This document shows, piece by piece, positions 21,086 to 30,445 of a DNA stretch of 64,000 bases. This DNA comes from a virus. The DNA is taken from positions 3,711 through 67,710 of IMG/VR virus record IMGVR_UViG_3300038705_000018. One strand, written 5' to 3'. The position numbers and the translations under genes were made by a program. Within the stretch, counting starts at the first letter, position 1; each line of letters begins with the position of its first letter. The notes under the pieces were generated by a model, which saw nothing but the letters and a program-made list of their open reading frames with translations, did no database searches and was not told the DNA's origin.

Positions 21086-21393
21086 CGAACACGTAACCTC
21101 ACTTTCAGTCCTTTCGTGATGCTTGCTGGATAATCTCCCACGTCATCATAAGTAACAGAATAGTTACCTAATGATTCGCTTTTCTTCCCTTCTCTCTCCC
21201 GCTCCTTATACTGATGAACCACCATTTTAGCGATGATACCAGGATAAGCAGGAGGGAATTCAGGAATAGTTCTATTGGTATACTCTGCAACCATTAACAT
21301 TGTATCTTCAATGCTTATTAATAAATTTTCATCACTTATATTAGGTACTTGCAGTTTTACACGTTTTAAAATTTCTGCTTTCATATCTTCCAT
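21082..21393 (-). CDS. Head-tail connector (gp6-like)
   Basis: 103 aa, directly downstream of the capsid gene. Confidence 0.5.
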   Translation of the reverse strand: MEDMKAEILKRVKLQVPNISDENLLISIEDTMLMVAEYTNRTIPEFPPAYPGIIAKMVVHQYKEREREGKKSESLGNYSVTYDDVGDYPASITKGLKVRLRVR

Positions 21394-21436
21394 CTAATCA
21401 CCTACTTACGTAAAAGAAAAAAATGGAGAAGGCTTA

Positions 21437-22282
21437 TTAAGCCCCTCCACCTGGTTTTTCCGGAGTAATTGATGTAACTGTAGCTGTAAGTACCGCTATT
21501 GACTCTTGACGAAGGATATCTCCACCATAAACCATAAGACCACGAATACCATCTGCAAAGGAATTTTGCAGACGTTGTGCCTCTGTTTCAGTTAACTGTG
21601 TCCCGTATCCAATAGCAGACTTATGAAGACCTAAAATTTTATACTTACCACCAGTACCGTGAATTTCTTCTGATACAACGATTTGTGATCCATTAATAAT
21701 CTGTCCTTCAACAATACCATTTTCTAAAACAACAGGTTGCTTAGTAAAGCGATCATCTTTAGATAATAAACCTAAAACCTGAGAATTGATGATTGTGAAT
21801 CGTTCAGTTTTAGGAACCTTTTTAATATTTAAAATCGTATTTAAGTCTACAATGTAATCATATGCATTTTTAGGTGATAACTCAATTGGACTAGAGTCAC
21901 TCCCAATTGTATGAGTTTTATGTGCGCCTTTATAAAGCCCTAATACGAATGTATCAACGGTTTCCTGAAGTACCGCTCCTGCCTCTTGTGTATGTGGGTC
22001 GATTAAATCTCCAGCAGCCTGAACTGCATCTACATCATCAACTTTGAAAGCAAAATACTTTTGTTGATCCATATTAATTTCTACTTTAGAAGGGTTGGTA
22101 TCATCCCATTCGATTGTACCATTATAATCTTTTACATTTACTGCGCCTACACGATTAAAGATAATCTTATTACCTTCGATTTTCGTTGGCGTTGTTGTAA
22201 TTAAATCCGCAATAGAACGCTTGTGAAAGTTCGCCATCAAGCGCGCTTCCCAAATTGTTGGAATAAAAGTTGATACTGACAT
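21437..22282 (-). CDS. Major capsid protein
   Basis: 281 aa after the scaffold gene. Strong RBS. Confidence 0.75.
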   Translation of the reverse strand: MSVSTFIPTIWEARLMANFHKRSIADLITTTPTKIEGNKIIFNRVGAVNVKDYNGTIEWDDTNPSKVEINMDQQKYFAFKVDDVDAVQAAGDLIDPHTQEAGAVLQETVDTFVLGLYKGAHKTHTIGSDSSPIELSPKNAYDYIVDLNTILNIKKVPKTERFTIINSQVLGLLSKDDRFTKQPVVLENGIVEGQIINGSQIVVSEEIHGTGGKYKILGLHKSAIGYGTQLTETEAQRLQNSFADGIRGLMVYGGDILRQESIAVLTATVTSITPEKPGGGA

Positions 22283-22399
22283 ATATTAATTCCTCCTTAA
22301 TGTTTTTCCATAACAAAAGAGATTACTAAACTAGCAATCTCTTTTGTTCGTTTTATATTTTTTTGAATGTACCATTCAAATCACTTAACTTTCCTAGTG

Positions 22400-23131
22400 C
22401 TACTTACCCCAATTGCGCATATCCTTCTGAATTTGTGGCCAGTTCGCATTAATTTCAGCTTGACTCATTGAATTTACTTGTTCTCTCGTAAATCCCCCTC
22501 CAGTTCCGCCACTAACATGGATTTCTCGGCCAGCAGCTTTAAACTTTTCAGCCACTTTTACTTCTAATGCAGTAGAGAATAAATCATTAAACTTTGACAC
22601 CCTAACTTTTGTATCTTCTACATCTGAACCAATAACAAAATCTACAAATTTAAGATCCAATCCAACCGCTGATAAACCATCTGATGCAACACTCTGCATT
22701 TCTTTCTGATGAAGTACCCTTTCTCGCTCTTCTAGTTGTTCCTGAAGTTGCTTCATCTCATATTCAGCTTTCTCTTGTGCAGTCATAGAAGCGGTTTTAT
22801 AGTTCTCTAATTCCTTTTTTGTTGCATTCAGTTCTTTCGAATATTTAGAGCGCACTCTATCTTCCGCTGATTGTACCATCTTCTCAATAAATGTTTTTGT
22901 TGCATCATCTAATTTCGGTTCTTTTTGTTCACCAACTGGCGGTTCTTTTTGCTCTTCAACTAGTGAATCTTTTATATCATCCGCAGGTGATGTTTGTTCA
23001 TTCTGTAGTGTCTCATCTGCAGGTATTGCAGGATCAGAAAAGAATTGCAGATTTGATAAACGAAACGGTAACTTTGTTAGTTCTCTTTCTTTTAAAAACT
23101 GTACTTCCGCTTGCTTTTGTAATTGTTTCAT
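22400..23131 (-). CDS. Scaffolding protein
   Basis: Acidic coiled-coil protein upstream of the capsid gene. Confidence 0.7.
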   Translation of the reverse strand: MKQLQKQAEVQFLKERELTKLPFRLSNLQFFSDPAIPADETLQNEQTSPADDIKDSLVEEQKEPPVGEQKEPKLDDATKTFIEKMVQSAEDRVRSKYSKELNATKKELENYKTASMTAQEKAEYEMKQLQEQLEERERVLHQKEMQSVASDGLSAVGLDLKFVDFVIGSDVEDTKVRVSKFNDLFSTALEVKVAEKFKAAGREIHVSGGTGGGFTREQVNSMSQAEINANWPQIQKDMRNWGK

Positions 23132-23203
23132 TATTATTCCTCCTCTGAGTTCCTATGAATACACCCTATTTAGTTCGTATTTTATAAGCCCTCGTGTGTT
23201 TTA

Positions 23204-24130
23204 TTATTCAAGAGAGTCTTTCCATTCCTCGTAACTAACTGCGCTAATCACCTCATTCTTACCTGTAGTTGGGTTTCTGGCCCTTCTCTCAATGAATGAG
23301 CTAACATCCGCTACCTCAGTAATGAAAGTACAGCGGCATCGTACAACTTCTTTAGCAGGTAAATTACTATCATGTGGATATTCGCAACTATAACCACCGA
23401 CTTTAAATAATCCTTTAAACGGTACTTTTTGATGATCTGCTGCTTGGTGAGTAGGACGCGTACGTTTATCTAATGTAGAAATCCAAATCTTCTTCATTGA
23501 TACACCTTCATCAAAAGCGTGAGAAGCACTGTCATAAGTACCTAAGTTTTGCACCCTAGCACTTTCTGTCCAAACGACCATTTGGGCTTTCTTCGCATCA
23601 CCATCAAGTATCGGCTTAATCCGATTTGCCATTGTTGCATATCCTTCGCCTTTTCTAAGACCGATAGATAACTCTCTGCGTATTCGGTTAACTATCTGTA
23701 CTCGATGTGTACTTAACCTTTGATTGAGTGTCATTTTATCGATTGGCATTTGTACCGCTCGTTTAATGACGTTCGGGTCAAGAAGACCATACGAAAGAGC
23801 CACGCCGACTTCTTTCTCGATGAGATAACTCGTATAATAAAAAGACTCTCCATACTGATTGGAGAGCGTTTCATTGAGAGTTTTCTTTTTCTCATATGTT
23901 ATTTCATTAATAACGTGTTGCAGTTCACTTTGCATGCTCTTATATCGATTGAATCGGCGCATTTCCTGCATACTCAACTGCTCATTTACGGCATATTTGG
24001 CATAATAAAAAGCCAGTATTCCTCTGACTTCTTCTAAAGCATCTTTATACAGGTAGAGAATCGCCTTTTCCAGTTCGTCCTCTATCTTTTGGAGATGTTT
24101 CTGCTTCTTGTCCCATTCCACTAGGCTCAC
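23204..24130 (-). CDS. Head morphogenesis / minor capsid protein (SPP1 gp7-like)
   Basis: Sits after the portal. C-terminal motif DKRTRPTHQAADHQ...RCRC. Confidence 0.7.
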   Translation of the reverse strand: MSLVEWDKKQKHLQKIEDELEKAILYLYKDALEEVRGILAFYYAKYAVNEQLSMQEMRRFNRYKSMQSELQHVINEITYEKKKTLNETLSNQYGESFYYTSYLIEKEVGVALSYGLLDPNVIKRAVQMPIDKMTLNQRLSTHRVQIVNRIRRELSIGLRKGEGYATMANRIKPILDGDAKKAQMVVWTESARVQNLGTYDSASHAFDEGVSMKKIWISTLDKRTRPTHQAADHQKVPFKGLFKVGGYSCEYPHDSNLPAKEVVRCRCTFITEVADVSSFIERRARNPTTGKNEVISAVSYEEWKDSLE

Positions 24131-25469
24131 CTACCTTGTCGAGATTCATGGAATCCGCCTCTTCTTCCTGCATCTTCTGTATCTCCGCTTTCGGATCAGA
24201 AACAACAGATAACATAGATAATCGTGTTTCTTCGCTTACTAAACCTTGTAGTTTAGACTGCACATCAGCTTCATCAGCTAAGTTGGCTGGAAGGTTTCGC
24301 GTAAATTGAAACGTCATACAAAGGTAGTCTAGTTCTCCTTTATTTGAGCGTAAGTTCCAAGCGTCAAACAATAACTTAAATTGTTGTCGCAATGACTTAG
24401 TAAACTTCATTTCTAATGTTCCTGATTTAGTTTCTAAAGCTAATAACTTGTAACGAATAGCAACACCAGTAAGGTTACCACCAAATGATTCATCAGAAAG
24501 GTTCACATGCTTTGTGAAACGGCATATATTCTTTTCTAATCTGTCGAGATGGTGTTCTAAGATGTTGTCATTAAGGTCCTTAGTTAAAAAAGAAGCCTCA
24601 CCATTCTCACCTACATCAAGAGCTCCTGTTTGTTTTAGCTTCTCGATAGTATCATCATCTATATCAACGCCTTTAAAGATCATATAAGCCAGACGAAACT
24701 GTTCAATTTCACTGTTTACATCGGAAAATGAACGGTCGTAACCTTCAATAAGTGATATAGCTTTATCTACATCGCCTTGTAATTCTTCATTATTAGGAAA
24801 CCCAATAAGTGGCACACCTTTAAATAAGTTTGGAATACGGTCAGTCTCTGTTAACTTATCTAAACCTTCACCAGTGTACTCAATAATGTTTGTTTCATTG
24901 TAAAACTCTACTTTGTAACCATCCTTGAAATCATCACCATCAATTACTTTGATTGGATAGCAGCGTATAGCGTATTTAGGTTCTGCAATACTTGAATTCG
25001 TAAGAAATATAGCTTCGTAAGGTTTGATATTCATAACCTTTTCGATACCTTCTTTATCGTGATACAGTAGTCTCGCTCCGTATCCACAAATAGAAGCGAA
25101 CTTCCCTGTTTCTGCGTCAGCATCCTCAGTATGATTCGCTTTTAAAAAGTCCTGAATACGTTTCAATACTTCATCATCTTCATGATCTAAGCTGTATGAG
25201 ATAGGCACCCCAAACATATAACCGATTTTTGTATCGATAATTTCAGAAAAGAAGTCATTGTTTAGCTTATTGTTAACCTTATCTTTATTACCATCACCTT
25301 TAAACTCGCGAGTAAAGATAGGCACACCCTTTTCACTTGCTTTGTATCGCTCGTACCTGTTAATCATGCGTTGTTTTAATGGTTCAAACTCATCAATAAT
25401 TTTTTTTAGTAACTTTGATGTAGGCTCGCCATTTTGTTCATCCAGCAACGGAATATAGTGTTCAAACAT
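24045..25469 (-). CDS. Portal protein
   Basis: 474 aa, directly after the large terminase. Confidence 0.85.
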   Translation of the reverse strand: MFEHYIPLLDEQNGEPTSKLLKKIIDEFEPLKQRMINRYERYKASEKGVPIFTREFKGDGNKDKVNNKLNNDFFSEIIDTKIGYMFGVPISYSLDHEDDEVLKRIQDFLKANHTEDADAETGKFASICGYGARLLYHDKEGIEKVMNIKPYEAIFLTNSSIAEPKYAIRCYPIKVIDGDDFKDGYKVEFYNETNIIEYTGEGLDKLTETDRIPNLFKGVPLIGFPNNEELQGDVDKAISLIEGYDRSFSDVNSEIEQFRLAYMIFKGVDIDDDTIEKLKQTGALDVGENGEASFLTKDLNDNILEHHLDRLEKNICRFTKHVNLSDESFGGNLTGVAIRYKLLALETKSGTLEMKFTKSLRQQFKLLFDAWNLRSNKGELDYLCMTFQFTRNLPANLADEADVQSKLQGLVSEETRLSMLSVVSDPKAEIQKMQEEEADSMNLDKVGEPSGMGQEAETSPKDRGRTGKGDSLPV

Positions 25470-25481
25470 CGTCTCACCTCC

Positions 25482-26756
25482 TTAATAGATTGACTTAACA
25501 GCCTTAGCTTTGTTATTAGTTACAACAACTGTATTTACAAAGTAACGATCACCATCCATTTGGTGGTCATTCTCTTTATTTGGTTTATCTTCACCACGAG
25601 CTGTAGCTTTTTCATCCCAAGTATAAGAAGCGTATTCACGGAATGTTTCTTTACAGCAGTCGTTGTATTTTATCTTATCTTCATTAAGAAGTCGCGCTAC
25701 ATTTCGTATGCCATCTATAACTTCATTCTTAGCTTTAAGCACTTTGAATCGATTCTTTTTCAATAAAGCAATAAATGAAGCTGCTGATGGGTCAACTATA
25801 ATCCCACGAATAGAAATATCTCCGATGAATTCTTTTAGGTCGTCAAGATACTCATCATCTGTCTTTTGCCGTGAATTTTTACGACCATCATAATGGTACT
25901 CTTTTGTTTTGTACCATATACCTTTACACAATCCCCATAGTCCATATGTCATAGGGTTCTGTGTACCATAGTCACAAGATACATAATACTTCTCGTATTC
26001 TCTTTCTACTGTTTTTACAACATGCTTTTCTTTGTTAAACATGTCATATACAATACCTTCTGCAAGCACCCATAAACCTAAAATGAAGCGTTGAAAGAAG
26101 ACTCCACTATACATACGATAGTATCTTTGCTTCACTTTTTCAGATAAAGAAAGATTATCGTCCATTGTAAAATGAATATGTAGCAGGTTCTTGTCTTCCT
26201 TATTATCTATCCATTCAAGTTTGAACCAATGATACGGGCCGGCAGGGTTACAGTTAAACCAATACTTTGAGCCTTCAATAGAACAACGTCCTGTCGCTTG
26301 GTTCACAAAGCTTTGCGGCATAAGAGCAACTTCATCAAAAAACATACCAGCTAATGTAATACCTTGGATAAGTTCTTGTGATGATTCGTCCTTACCACCA
26401 AATATATAGAAATGATTCGTATGGCCATCTTTACTAATGGTAAGCATGTTCTCTGATAGATGGTCTTTCACTTTATATTTACGTGATTTTAACATCTTCT
26501 TTAATGGAGTAATTACGTTGCGTCGCAGTGATCCAATTGTTTTACCTGCCATACCTAAGTTTTCACCATTAAATGTTGCAGTTCCCCACATAACATAAGA
26601 AAGAGCCATCGAAACAGTTTTGCCAGCACGAATAGAACCATCGCATATAATACCGTCATGGTCCTTCACAAGTGAATCTTTTCTCCACCAAGTGAGTACT
26701 TTTAATTGTTTCTTTGAGAATGGTCTAAATTTAAAAGGGGCAGGTTTAAGTCTCAT
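25482..26756 (-). CDS. Terminase large subunit
   Basis: Walker A DGSIRAGKT, Walker B MFFDEVA. C-terminal nuclease-like region. Confidence 0.9.
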   Translation of the reverse strand: MRLKPAPFKFRPFSKKQLKVLTWWRKDSLVKDHDGIICDGSIRAGKTVSMALSYVMWGTATFNGENLGMAGKTIGSLRRNVITPLKKMLKSRKYKVKDHLSENMLTISKDGHTNHFYIFGGKDESSQELIQGITLAGMFFDEVALMPQSFVNQATGRCSIEGSKYWFNCNPAGPYHWFKLEWIDNKEDKNLLHIHFTMDDNLSLSEKVKQRYYRMYSGVFFQRFILGLWVLAEGIVYDMFNKEKHVVKTVEREYEKYYVSCDYGTQNPMTYGLWGLCKGIWYKTKEYHYDGRKNSRQKTDDEYLDDLKEFIGDISIRGIIVDPSAASFIALLKKNRFKVLKAKNEVIDGIRNVARLLNEDKIKYNDCCKETFREYASYTWDEKATARGEDKPNKENDHQMDGDRYFVNTVVVTNNKAKAVKSIY

Positions 26757-27657
26757 CTTCCCACACCTCTGCTGTTTTACCTTCTAACGCATCGATGAAT
26801 CCGTCATCTTCATACTCTTCACCTTCATCACCTTTAATACGAGAAGTATCTGCTTTAATTTTATCAATTTGAGCTTTCTGCACTTCCATCTGCATTTTGT
26901 GGCGTTCTTCTTCGATTTTACGTTTGAAATTGTCAGGTACTAAGTCAAAGTACTGAGATAGTTTGTCCAGTGCTTTCATCTTGTCAGCAAGTTTTACTGA
27001 CACGCCATCTTTTCCGAGTTTTACTTCGGTTATTATAGAACCATCAACCATGTCAGCCTCGTGTAAATCTACATAATTTATGATACGAGTTATTTCTTTA
27101 CCGGATTCATCTTTCATCGGTCCAAACCTCCCCATTACAGGTACTTCCTTCTGTCCAAAGGTTACATAGTTAGTAATATCAGCAAAAGCAATCTTAATGT
27201 ACTCTTTAAGTACATCCATAGCTTCTACAAATACATTCTCGACTAACTCACCTTTAAGCTCCTTTATATAGGAAGAAACTCGTTCACGTCTTAGCAATCG
27301 ACTAGCCTGTACATGAGCACCGTCTTTGGAGTATCCAGCCTTCAGTGCAGCTTGTGTACCATTGAAGTATTTCACATAATACAAACAAAAGAGCCTTTCT
27401 TTTTCGGATAGCTCCTCATCGTCTAATATTTCTTTCAATTTTTTCTTCGTTTTGGGATTTTCTACTTTGGTAATTACCTTTTTGCCAGCGGTAATATTAC
27501 CGGTAATATTTTCATCCCATTTATCAATCGTTTTCCACTTTCTGATTAAAGAAACGCTTTTTCCTAAATCAGCAGCTATGTCTTCGATAGGAATTTCACC
27601 TTTCGAATTCTTGTACATCTCAAATGCTTTATCTCGTTCTGGGCTTCGTCTACTCAT
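26746..27657 (-). CDS. Terminase small subunit with N-terminal HTH
   Basis: ERLFCLYYVKYFNGTQAALKAGYS is a TerS signature. Overlaps the TerL start. Confidence 0.8.
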   Translation of the reverse strand: MSRRSPERDKAFEMYKNSKGEIPIEDIAADLGKSVSLIRKWKTIDKWDENITGNITAGKKVITKVENPKTKKKLKEILDDEELSEKERLFCLYYVKYFNGTQAALKAGYSKDGAHVQASRLLRRERVSSYIKELKGELVENVFVEAMDVLKEYIKIAFADITNYVTFGQKEVPVMGRFGPMKDESGKEITRIINYVDLHEADMVDGSIITEVKLGKDGVSVKLADKMKALDKLSQYFDLVPDNFKRKIEEERHKMQMEVQKAQIDKIKADTSRIKGDEGEEYEDDGFIDALEGKTAEVWEDET

Positions 27658-27728
27658 GTCACATCACCTTCTCATCTCCACTCTTGTATACAAATTAAAA
27701 AAGACCACCTTATATGAAGTGATCTTTT

Positions 27729-28415
27729 TTAATCTATATACTTTTCACTACTAATTCGTTGATACTCTAATATATTATCTAATCGGTTTTGTTCAAAGAA
27801 AGGTTGGCTTCTAAACCAATCATTTAAATCTTGATTATTTTTCGTTCTGTTGCATCTTGAACACGCTGGAATGATATTATCGATACTATATGTTCCACCT
27901 TTATCTACAGAAATGATGTGTTCCTTTTCTAAGCTATCCGCAACATCTCCACAGTATGCACAACAACTTTCGTTATCTTCATTTCTAAAGTAATTTTTAC
28001 ATTCTTCCCACTCTTCATTTGAAATAGAATCACCTAGATGAAGGTTCACTCGTCTTTCTATCTTGTTTATTTTCCTGCCTAAGCCCTGATTTTCCATCAA
28101 TTTAACTAACAAATCGCAAGCTTTGAGTTTACTCTCGATGGATACGTCATCAGATTTTATTGCTGTTGTCACTACATTAAGAACTTGCAGGTAAAGTGTC
28201 TTTTTATTATCTTCTTTGTTATCATTTTCAGATTCTTTACCATCGACGCTTAAATTTTCTTCTTGTGCATTCCACTTATAGTAATACTTCCATTTTCTAA
28301 CCTGAGACTCAGAGACGCCTATTTCTTTAGCTATATCTTTTAATAATATTTTACCGTTTTCTCTTTTCCATATTTCATAAGCAGTATAGCTTTTTTCGCT
28401 TCTGGCTCTAGCCAT
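27729..28415 (-). CDS. HNH endonuclease with N-terminal HTH (packaging-associated)
   Basis: RBS GAGGAGGG before MARARSEK. HNH core CAYCGD...EHIISVDKGG...NIIPACSRCNRTKNN. Confidence 0.8.
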   Translation of the reverse strand: MARARSEKSYTAYEIWKRENGKILLKDIAKEIGVSESQVRKWKYYYKWNAQEENLSVDGKESENDNKEDNKKTLYLQVLNVVTTAIKSDDVSIESKLKACDLLVKLMENQGLGRKINKIERRVNLHLGDSISNEEWEECKNYFRNEDNESCCAYCGDVADSLEKEHIISVDKGGTYSIDNIIPACSRCNRTKNNQDLNDWFRSQPFFEQNRLDNILEYQRISSEKYID

Positions 28416-28416
28416 A

Positions 28417-29001
28417 TTAACCCTCCTCAGTATTTGAAACTGATTGTTTAGAATCATGTTCTTTTATATACCTATAAAGGGTTGCGCGAGCTACATCAAA
28501 CATTTCGCATACTTCTACTTTTGTTTTACCAGTAGCAAGCATTTCCATCATGCCTTGTATTTGTTGAGGAGTATGAGCTTTCTTTCTACCACCTTCTCTT
28601 CCTCTTGCCTTAGCGGCAGCTACACCGCTAATAACACGCTCATTAATTACTTCACGTTCCATTTCAGCCATAGCGCCAAATATATGAAATAGGAATCTTC
28701 CCATTGTTGTAGATGTATTAATTCCATCTTTAATAGAAACAAAGTGAATTCCCTTTTCATTAAACTCTTGTAGTAAATTAACAAGCTGATGCATTGTTCT
28801 TCCTAAACGATCAAGTTTATAAACAACTAAAGTATCGTCCTTTCGAAGTTTACTAAGAAGCAGATGAAGTTCTTTTCTATCCTTCTTCGCACCACTTTCT
28901 TTTTCAGTTATGATTTCCTCACAACCATATCGTTTCAACTCATCTAATTGCATATCCAAACTTTGCTTTTTGGTCGATACCCTCGCATAACCAAATATCA
29001 T
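28417..29001 (-). CDS. Small serine recombinase (resolvase/invertase family)
   Basis: MIFGYARVSTKKQSLDMQ has the catalytic Ser. C-terminal HTH ARATLYRYI. 194 aa, so not a large serine integrase. Confidence 0.9.
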   Translation of the reverse strand: MIFGYARVSTKKQSLDMQLDELKRYGCEEIITEKESGAKKDRKELHLLLSKLRKDDTLVVYKLDRLGRTMHQLVNLLQEFNEKGIHFVSIKDGINTSTTMGRFLFHIFGAMAEMEREVINERVISGVAAAKARGREGGRKKAHTPQQIQGMMEMLATGKTKVEVCEMFDVARATLYRYIKEHDSKQSVSNTEEG

Positions 29002-29032
29002 TCCCCATCACCCTTTATGTTTGATAGGTTAA

Positions 29033-29148
29033 TTGTATCAATTTCCTGTCTCAAATTCAATTGTTTTTGATACATAGTTTTGATACATAATAATCGTTGA
29101 TAATCGGTTGATGGTGACTACGTATCATAATCAAATGTTTTTGAGACA
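29033..29148. promoter_or_regulatory. res-like cluster of recombinase half-sites
   Basis: TTGTATCAA 29033-41, TGTCTCAAA 29047-55, TTGATACA 29067-74 and 29080-87, GTATCATA 29122-29, TTTGAGACA 29140-48. Both orientations, directly upstream of the recombinase. Confidence 0.5.
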
Positions 29149-29443
29149 TTGAACTTACTACGAACGATGCTTTAATCCAGCTAAAGTTGCTTTGATAAAC
29201 ACCTTTTCTTCATCACCGACTTGAGTTAATAACTTATCGACTATATATCTATCTGTGTTATGCAATACCGCTCACATAAGCCGTAGCGTCTTTGCTTTCA
29301 CCATTCATTTGCATAGAAAACGTAACGTTAGGTTTCATCCCCTCACCCCTTATCTTTCCTTAACAACAAACAAGACGCCACCCAGATCACGGCAGCGCCT
29401 ACAATAATTGCTATACACTTAATCAAAATCATTTATCCTCACA

Positions 29444-29635
29444 TTATTTATTTCTTTGCTTCCATACCCCATTCTCTTTACGATAAGTATTCTTGCCATC
29501 CATGAATTCAGCTGTATTACCAGGAATGCTATATTTCTTATTCTTTTTCTTAGCCTTCTTCTTCAATCTCTTCTCTTCTTGAACAGCTTGCAAATCCGCC
29601 TTCCATTGTTTCAACAAATCCTTTTCACGTCGCAT
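29444..29635 (-). CDS. Small basic phage protein
   Basis: 63 aa, Lys-rich. Confidence 0.45.
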   Translation of the reverse strand: MRREKDLLKQWKADLQAVQEEKRLKKKAKKKNKKYSIPGNTAEFMDGKNTYRKENGVWKQRNK

Positions 29636-29817
29636 CGAATTTGTACCCCTCGGATTAAAATGTAAACCAAATAATTAGATTCTACCTATTTATATAGAAT
29701 CCTTTAATCCAAATGTCCATTTTTTCAGACTCTCGTTTAGCATGTACCAATTTCTGTTTTTTCTTCTATATAGACCAACGATGTATTATAATTCTTTATA
29801 TACCCAAGGAGGTTTCC

Positions 29818-29916
29818 ATGCTTAAATTTCATAAAACATTCCCCATCTTAGGATTCTTTTGGTTTTTATACGGTTTCATCGGTCTCGTCTTTTTATTACT
29901 ATTCCTTAACGTTTAG
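29818..29916 (+). CDS. Small hydrophobic peptide (32 aa)
   Basis: RBS AAGGAGG before ATG29818 (MLKFHKTFPILGFFWFLYGFIGLVFLLLFLNV). Confidence 0.4.
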   Translation: MLKFHKTFPILGFFWFLYGFIGLVFLLLFLNV

Positions 29917-29993
29917 TAACCATGCATGTAAACATATGTTTAATGTGTAATTTCTATATAACAAAGAAAAAAGTACCCGTTATGGATGCTTGA

Positions 29994-30347
29994 TTAGCCT
30001 AAAAAGACAGTTGTTGCAGTTTTTATAGCGAGTGCCTTCATTATTTCAAACGGGATATTCCCACCTTTTTCTGCAATAGTTTGTTTTAATTTTTTCCATA
30101 CTGTATCATTTTTTATTGCATCTAAGAACTCATGTCCATCCCATGTTAATGTACTATGAATCCACATAGGAGCGTTATCAGCATAGAATATTTTATTCTC
30201 TGTAAAACCAGCTTGTTCTAATAAATTCAAGTGATAGACTGCTACCTTTCTATCAATTTCAGACGGAATATTCAATTCCTTGCTATTATCATCTTGTTCC
30301 TCAATAAGTACCAATAGTTTTCTAACTAACTCCATATCTCTTTTCAT
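29994..30347 (-). CDS. DUF2513-like protein
   Basis: RBS AAGGGGAA before MKRDMELVRKLL. Motif WDGHEFLD. Confidence 0.55.
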   Translation of the reverse strand: MKRDMELVRKLLVLIEEQDDNSKELNIPSEIDRKVAVYHLNLLEQAGFTENKIFYADNAPMWIHSTLTWDGHEFLDAIKNDTVWKKLKQTIAEKGGNIPFEIMKALAIKTATTVFLG

Positions 30348-30410
30348 TTGTAATTCCCCTTTTAAGTTTAATTCTCCATATTTATACATTGTAGCACTAT
30401 TTTCCAATAG

Positions 30411-30445
30411 AGAAAAAATAAAAAGCCATCACCGAAGTGACAGCT
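30411..30445 (-). terminator. Minus-strand intrinsic terminator closing the ORF-free segment
   Basis: On the minus strand: AGCUGUCAC-UUCG-GUGAUGGCU, 9 bp with two G.U pairs that exist only on this strand, then UUUUAUUUUUU. Confidence 0.7.

Noticed and set aside
28417-29001. The serine recombinase as the prophage integrase or a tail-fibre invertase.
   Set aside because: At 194 aa it lacks the large C-terminal domain of serine integrases. It is about 14 kb from the fibre gene, and no inverted crossover sites flank a fibre segment.
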